Both the position numbers and the translations under genes were made by a program. Positions 58,928 through 64,000 of a stretch of 64,000 nucleotides of DNA are shown one piece after another. The notes under the pieces were generated by a model, which saw only the letters and a program-made list of their open reading frames with translations, searched no databases and had not been told where the DNA came from. Origin of the DNA: Lama glama (Eukaryota); assembly GCA_028534125.1 (NCBI GenBank), contig CM052817.1, positions 40,612,001 to 40,676,000 of the forward strand, in the 5' to 3' direction. Each line of letters begins with the position of its first letter. Position 1 is the stretch's first letter.

Positions 58928-60536
58928 CTGATCTCTACTTCTTCATCACAAGGTGACCAAGTTATTTTCTCAGAACATTTTCATGCTTATGCAATATATG
59001 TGTAAATATTTTTAAGATGTTCACAGAAAATTATATTACACTCTTGAAAAACTTAAATATGTCTTAAAGATGTTTTCATATCAGTACGTACACACCTATT
59101 ATTATTTTTAATGGATTTTAAAAATTATTTAAATGTATCATGTTTCTTTAAATAAGTCCCCATTATGGATATTTAGGATATTTCCAATTTGGGATTTTTG
59201 TTCCATTTTAAAAATGTTGTGATGAACATTTTCATGCTTTTGTGGGTACCCTCAGGTAAATTCCTGGCAGTAGAATTCTGACATCAAAGGGCATGTGTGT
59301 TTAAAGTTGATACTTGCCATCTGCTTCACAATCTTTGCCCACAATTTACACTGACAAAGTATGAGAATGCTATTTCCCCACAAACCTGTGCATATCTTTG
59401 ATAGTAAGCATCTTTTATTTTTTTTTGCCATTTATTTACCTTCTTTTGAGAATTGCTAGTGCCTAGTAGAGTGCTTGTCTTATCGTATGTAACATAATAG
59501 CAATATCTAGCATTCTCTGAGCTTTCTTGTAATCTACATATATTTTAATACTTAAAAAGAGCCTATGAAGTAGATACTATTATTGTCTGCCTATGGCTGG
59601 TGGGAAAACTGAATCATAGGTTAAATAAGCTACTCAAGGTCACACAACTAGAAAGGGTGGAGCCAGGATGCAAATGATACTGAAACTGAAAAAAAAAAGA
59701 ATAGTTATTGAACGAATGAATGACTGAATGACCTGTTTGCTTTCTTTCCTCATTCTTCTATTGAGTTGTTTTTCTATTTTATTGGTAAGAGCTCTTTATG
59801 TATTATGAATACTAACTTCTTTCCTATTCTATGCATTAGAAATATCCCCCTAGTCTATTACTTGTCTGTAACTTATTTGTTGATAACATTTCTTGTTCAT
59901 ATTAGAAAACCCCAAAGCAGTAGTTAAAAATATGACCCCAGATATTGTTGTTAAAATTTGCACTGGCCATTTGAGAGAAGCAGTAATGATAATTTAGTTG
60001 TACAGAGGAACTATGATGTGGGTAGTATAAAGTCTCACTAAGTTAATCTAAATATGAAAAATAACCTCAGGGGACTTAGTTGCTTTGTTCACATTGAGGT
60101 CCTTTAAAATTACAATTCCCCTTTAGGCCTATTTATAATTGAAAAAGAAGGAGTTGAGGGTTTTCGTATATATTAGATTGACATTTGGGGAAATGAATTT
60201 TTATATCATCTCCAATGAATGAATCCCAATCAGTTCAGTGGCTCTGGGCTAAGGGAACTATTGAGACTTCCTTCTCTCAATTTGTTTCCACTTTTAAAAA
60301 TGCCCTTTTTGGCCCAGTGAAACTCTCCCATCCTGGCTGAGTCACATATCACTTTCCTTGAGGCCTCTAACCCTCCTCTGTTCCCCCGAAGCATTTTACA
60401 CAGAGACTCTGGTAGACATCTTTCTTGCTGTTAGAGCCCCAGATTTGTTTAGATGTTCACTTTCCATCCTGTGTCCTCAGGGATGTGATCATACTCCAGC
60501 TTTAGAGGTCGAATCAGAATTCATCAAAGCCTAAGT

Positions 60537-60711
60537 CAGTGTTCTCAAACTTTAGCATGCATCACCTTCACCTGGGGGGCTTGTTAAAACTCTGATTGCT
60601 GAGCCCCACTCCCACAGTATCTGATTCAGTAGGTCTGGGTGGGGCATTCCTATGAAGTTTTGAGATGATGCTGATGCTGATGGTTCAAGGACCATACTCT
60701 GAGAATCACTC
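60537..60711. mobile_element. MER5A DNA transposon
   Basis: Terminal inverted repeats cagtgttctcaaa / tctgagaatcact; core tctgattcagtaggtctggg. Confidence 0.85.
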
Positions 60712-61049
60712 ATCTAAGCCAGTTGTGATGATCCAGTATCCTTTGTCATGATTGGTTTAGGTATATTATTCTTGATCTTCTCGGTTGTTTCATGCAGACT
60801 GTCACACCTGGAAAGTGACACAAAAATAATTTCTCAGATGATAGCTCTCAATAAGTGCTGTGTAAAATATTGTGACCATTAATGTGATTCCCGTGTCTTT
60901 GTTTCTAAAGATTGTGCATGTAACACAGAGCCAAGTATTTAAATACACAAGATGCGTAAAGATACGTTTGCAGCTCTGCAATGCAGGTTAGCTGGGTTTG
61001 TGAGGAAGTCTGGTATGTGGACTTGGATGTCACAGTAGCCTGTGTTTGA

Positions 61050-61235
61050 ACTATACTTTTTCTGCACCATACTATGTGAACTTGGGCTAATGACTTTCTT
61101 GGCCTTTGATTTTTTCATCTGTAAAATGGAAATAATCATTCTGATTTTGTGGAGTTGTTATGAATATTGATAATAATGTTTGCATGGTGTCTGTCATATA
61201 GTAGACACTCAAGAAAATGGTGATAGCTGTCATTA
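61050..61235 (+). mobile_element. MIR SINE
   Basis: tatgtgaacttgggc...tttcatctgtaaaatggaaataat. Confidence 0.7.
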
Positions 61236-63894
61236 TTTGGCCATTTTTGAGGGCTTCTAGGCTAGTGGCAAGTTGGTTCCTAGGTATCAAAGCCCCAGCA
61301 CTAGGCTCCTAATAGTCACTCTCTTAGTTAAGACTATCTGTATGCTGACTGGATTACTCTGGTCCCATCTGTCATTCCCATGGCACCTAGCTATTTTATA
61401 GACCAGCACCGTAATTGGGAATAGAAAGTGAGATGGAAATTCTAGCAGGTGTAGCCCTGTCCCTCACTCTCTGGGCCTCTGTGTCTGGGTGAATGTGTCT
61501 CCTTCTAAATGGTGACAGTATCACTAAGTGGCAGATAATTGCTGGTTCCTTTTTAGCTCATCAGAAGAAGGATATTCTTTGAATTACTTATTGAGGACAA
61601 ACCACTCAATATTCTAGGCACTTGTGAAATTTATTCAAGGAGATAGGGAGATGTTGCCAAAGGGTGGCCTTAGAAGTTTTTCTTTTTCAGTACAGATTCA
61701 GTGATGACTGCTGAGAGTAGCCTGGAAGTAAAGGCTATAGTTCTTACTGTCATTCCTCGAGCCATTTAGTCCTTAACCAAATAACAAAATTGAAAATTCA
61801 GAATAAGCCACAATGAAGTCAGCATTTTCCCTAATGCACCTCTACATTTGGTGCACAGTCAATAATATTTGATAATATGCATGTGACTACTTCATGCATT
61901 ATTACTAGCTATTCATATAAAATCTAATTTATCTATAGGACAAGGGTTTACACTATCTTCCTTTTTGTGAAAATTCGAATTCCACAAGCCATTAGAACTT
62001 TTCAAATGTAGATTTTCACTGCACTAGTAACTAACTATTTCAAGGTTGGCTTCCAGATCTGTTCCAGTGGTGTTACAGAAACCTTTTAGAATTGTGTATG
62101 GGTCATGTAATTACATGTCTTACTCATTTTGATGCTTTTAATATTCTTCAAAAAAACTTGAAAGGCCAGGGAATATGCTTCACAGGGGAAAACCAATACA
62201 GTAATTTTATTTTCTCTCTATTGGGTCAGTGCAGTTTATTTTTATCTTTTAAAGCATGTTGTTTAAATTGCTGACCAAAAAAAAAAAAGTCTTGAAATAG
62301 ACAACAATTCCAAAAGTGGCCTTTGCTCTCGTTTTTCTAAGGATAATCAGACTGTAAATATAGTTTCTAATGAATTTACGCATCATTAGAAGCCACACGT
62401 TAAATCAGTTTGGTCTGTGATTATCACTCAAACTTATTTACTAATTATTTTTCTAAATAGCAAAATAAATCTCCACTCAGTCTTTCCCCCTCTGATAGTC
62501 CCATAAGAAATCATTTTGCTGTTAGCCTGGAAATGTTCCAGAACCAGAGCAGTGCGGTGGCAGTCCGCGGCATGGCCTCAAGGGAGACATCAGATGTTGG
62601 TTCAAATGTGACTTTTATGCTCTTGATCCCACATCTGAAAGTAAAGATGCAATGTGTCTCTATAAAGGTGGTGCTGAATAGCAGTGTTGTATCTCTGTCA
62701 GCTCATCAGCCTCTGGGGAGGTGCAATCTAAAAGTCATCAGTGGACTCCTGGGCATTGTCTTTAATCTGGGTCTTTTTTGGGGTCTTGAAATATGGTGGC
62801 AGTAACCAATTTAAAGCAAGCAAATGCTAATCATGCAGCAGCCAGCTGTATGAGCACATCTCATCTGGGGATTTAAAAACACTTTGCAAAACATAAGTCA
62901 TTAATCTTCACAGTGGCCCTCTGGAGTCATAAACATCCATCACCACCCATCTTAGCCACTAGAAAATCTGGGATTTCAAAGGCACAGTGTAGGGCTACAC
63001 TCAGGGTCCCAGGTGGGTCCTGTAGTACAAACTGTGATCTGACCATCAAGCTCCGGAAGTAATCTCATGAGCAAGGCACAGTGGGCACAGTGGGCCTGTG
63101 CAGAGACACGGCTGACTTGGTGGGGCCATGTTTGGGTCTTTGGAAATGCTGGTTCTATACGGACCCCAGCCAGATGCTGTGTGTTATTTGAGGAAATGTT
63201 AATGAGAAGAGACTGAACTGTTATGTCTGGCTTGGCTTTGGTCTTTTCCTTTCAATGATTATTTCTCTCCCTAGAGGTCCCTTTTTCTTATAGTTACTCT
63301 CTTAATTTGATTTCTCATGCTGAAGTCATAGATTCACAGCCTCTTAGAATACAAAGAAACTTCAGAAGCTGACCACTTTTAATCGTTCCATAAAATTTTG
63401 ATAATCTGGGCAGGGGTATTAATTTACCGACAGTGATCACCCAGGGATTAGGGAAGAACTCTGTTTCTGTTGCTGTATCTTTTCACTTGAAAATTTCTGG
63501 CCCATGGCAGTTGCTTCATAAATGTTTTCTGAGTAATATATGAAAGAGTAAAACCATGTTGGGCTTACGGTTTGGAAGACAAGGGATTGTGGCAATGCTA
63601 ATGCTAACTGTTTGGTTATTACTCAGGTAAGGCGCAGAGATTTACTAGATCATCTTTTCTACACGCTTAGGAACCTTTACTCTATTTAAGGCTCTTAACT
63701 TTATAGAACAAAATACTAAGGACAATGACATGTCTAAAGTCTCACAATTCTTAAAAATGCAGTCATATAGTAAAATATGAGAAATTACTGGATTCTTTCC
63801 TACTTGTTTAGAACTTAAAAGTAATTGGTATAATGTCTTGATAAATGAGTCAAAGTCCTGGTCTGTCACTTACTGTCTGTGACCAAGTTCACGT

Positions 63895-64000
63895 AATTTT
63901 TTTTTAATGATTTCTTTTTTTGGGGGGAGGTAATTAGATTTATTTATTTTATTTTTTATTAAAAAATTATTAATGGAGATACTGGAGATTTAACCCAGGA
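63895..64000 (-). mobile_element. Camelid-type tRNA SINE, cut by the window end
   Basis: tggggggaggtaattagatttatttattt...atactggagatttaacccagga; the same tail as the SINE at 22013-22131, reversed. Confidence 0.8.

Overview
Mammalian genomic DNA, probably camelid (inferred from the tRNA-derived SINEs and the young L1 3' end). It holds two convergent spliced genes. (1) Plus strand, 302 to ~3760: the 3' end of HNRNPD/AUF1, with coding exons 6-8, the 107-nt alternative 3'-UTR exon 9 and terminal exon 10. (2) Minus strand, 38267 to 14089: a six-exon gene that the ORF track catches only in two fragments. I assembled it by hand from GT-AG junctions into an uninterrupted 645-nt CDS (214 aa). It encodes a longin-domain R-SNARE: VAMP7-like N-terminus, VAMP8-like SNARE motif and tail anchor, a CpG-rich promoter, and AATAAA 27 nt after the stop. 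By synteny with HNRNPD it is most likely VAMP9 (recalled as the pseudogene VAMP9P in human). Its zero-layer residue is Asn instead of the defining Arg, and further SNARE-layer and longin regulatory residues have changed. The rest of the window is repeat-rich intronic and intergenic DNA (L1, L2, MIR, MaLR/MLT LTRs, hAT MERs, SINEs). It includes a probable L1 3' transduction and a 100-N assembly gap. Repeat family names and reference-protein alignments are from recognition and memory, not from database searches.
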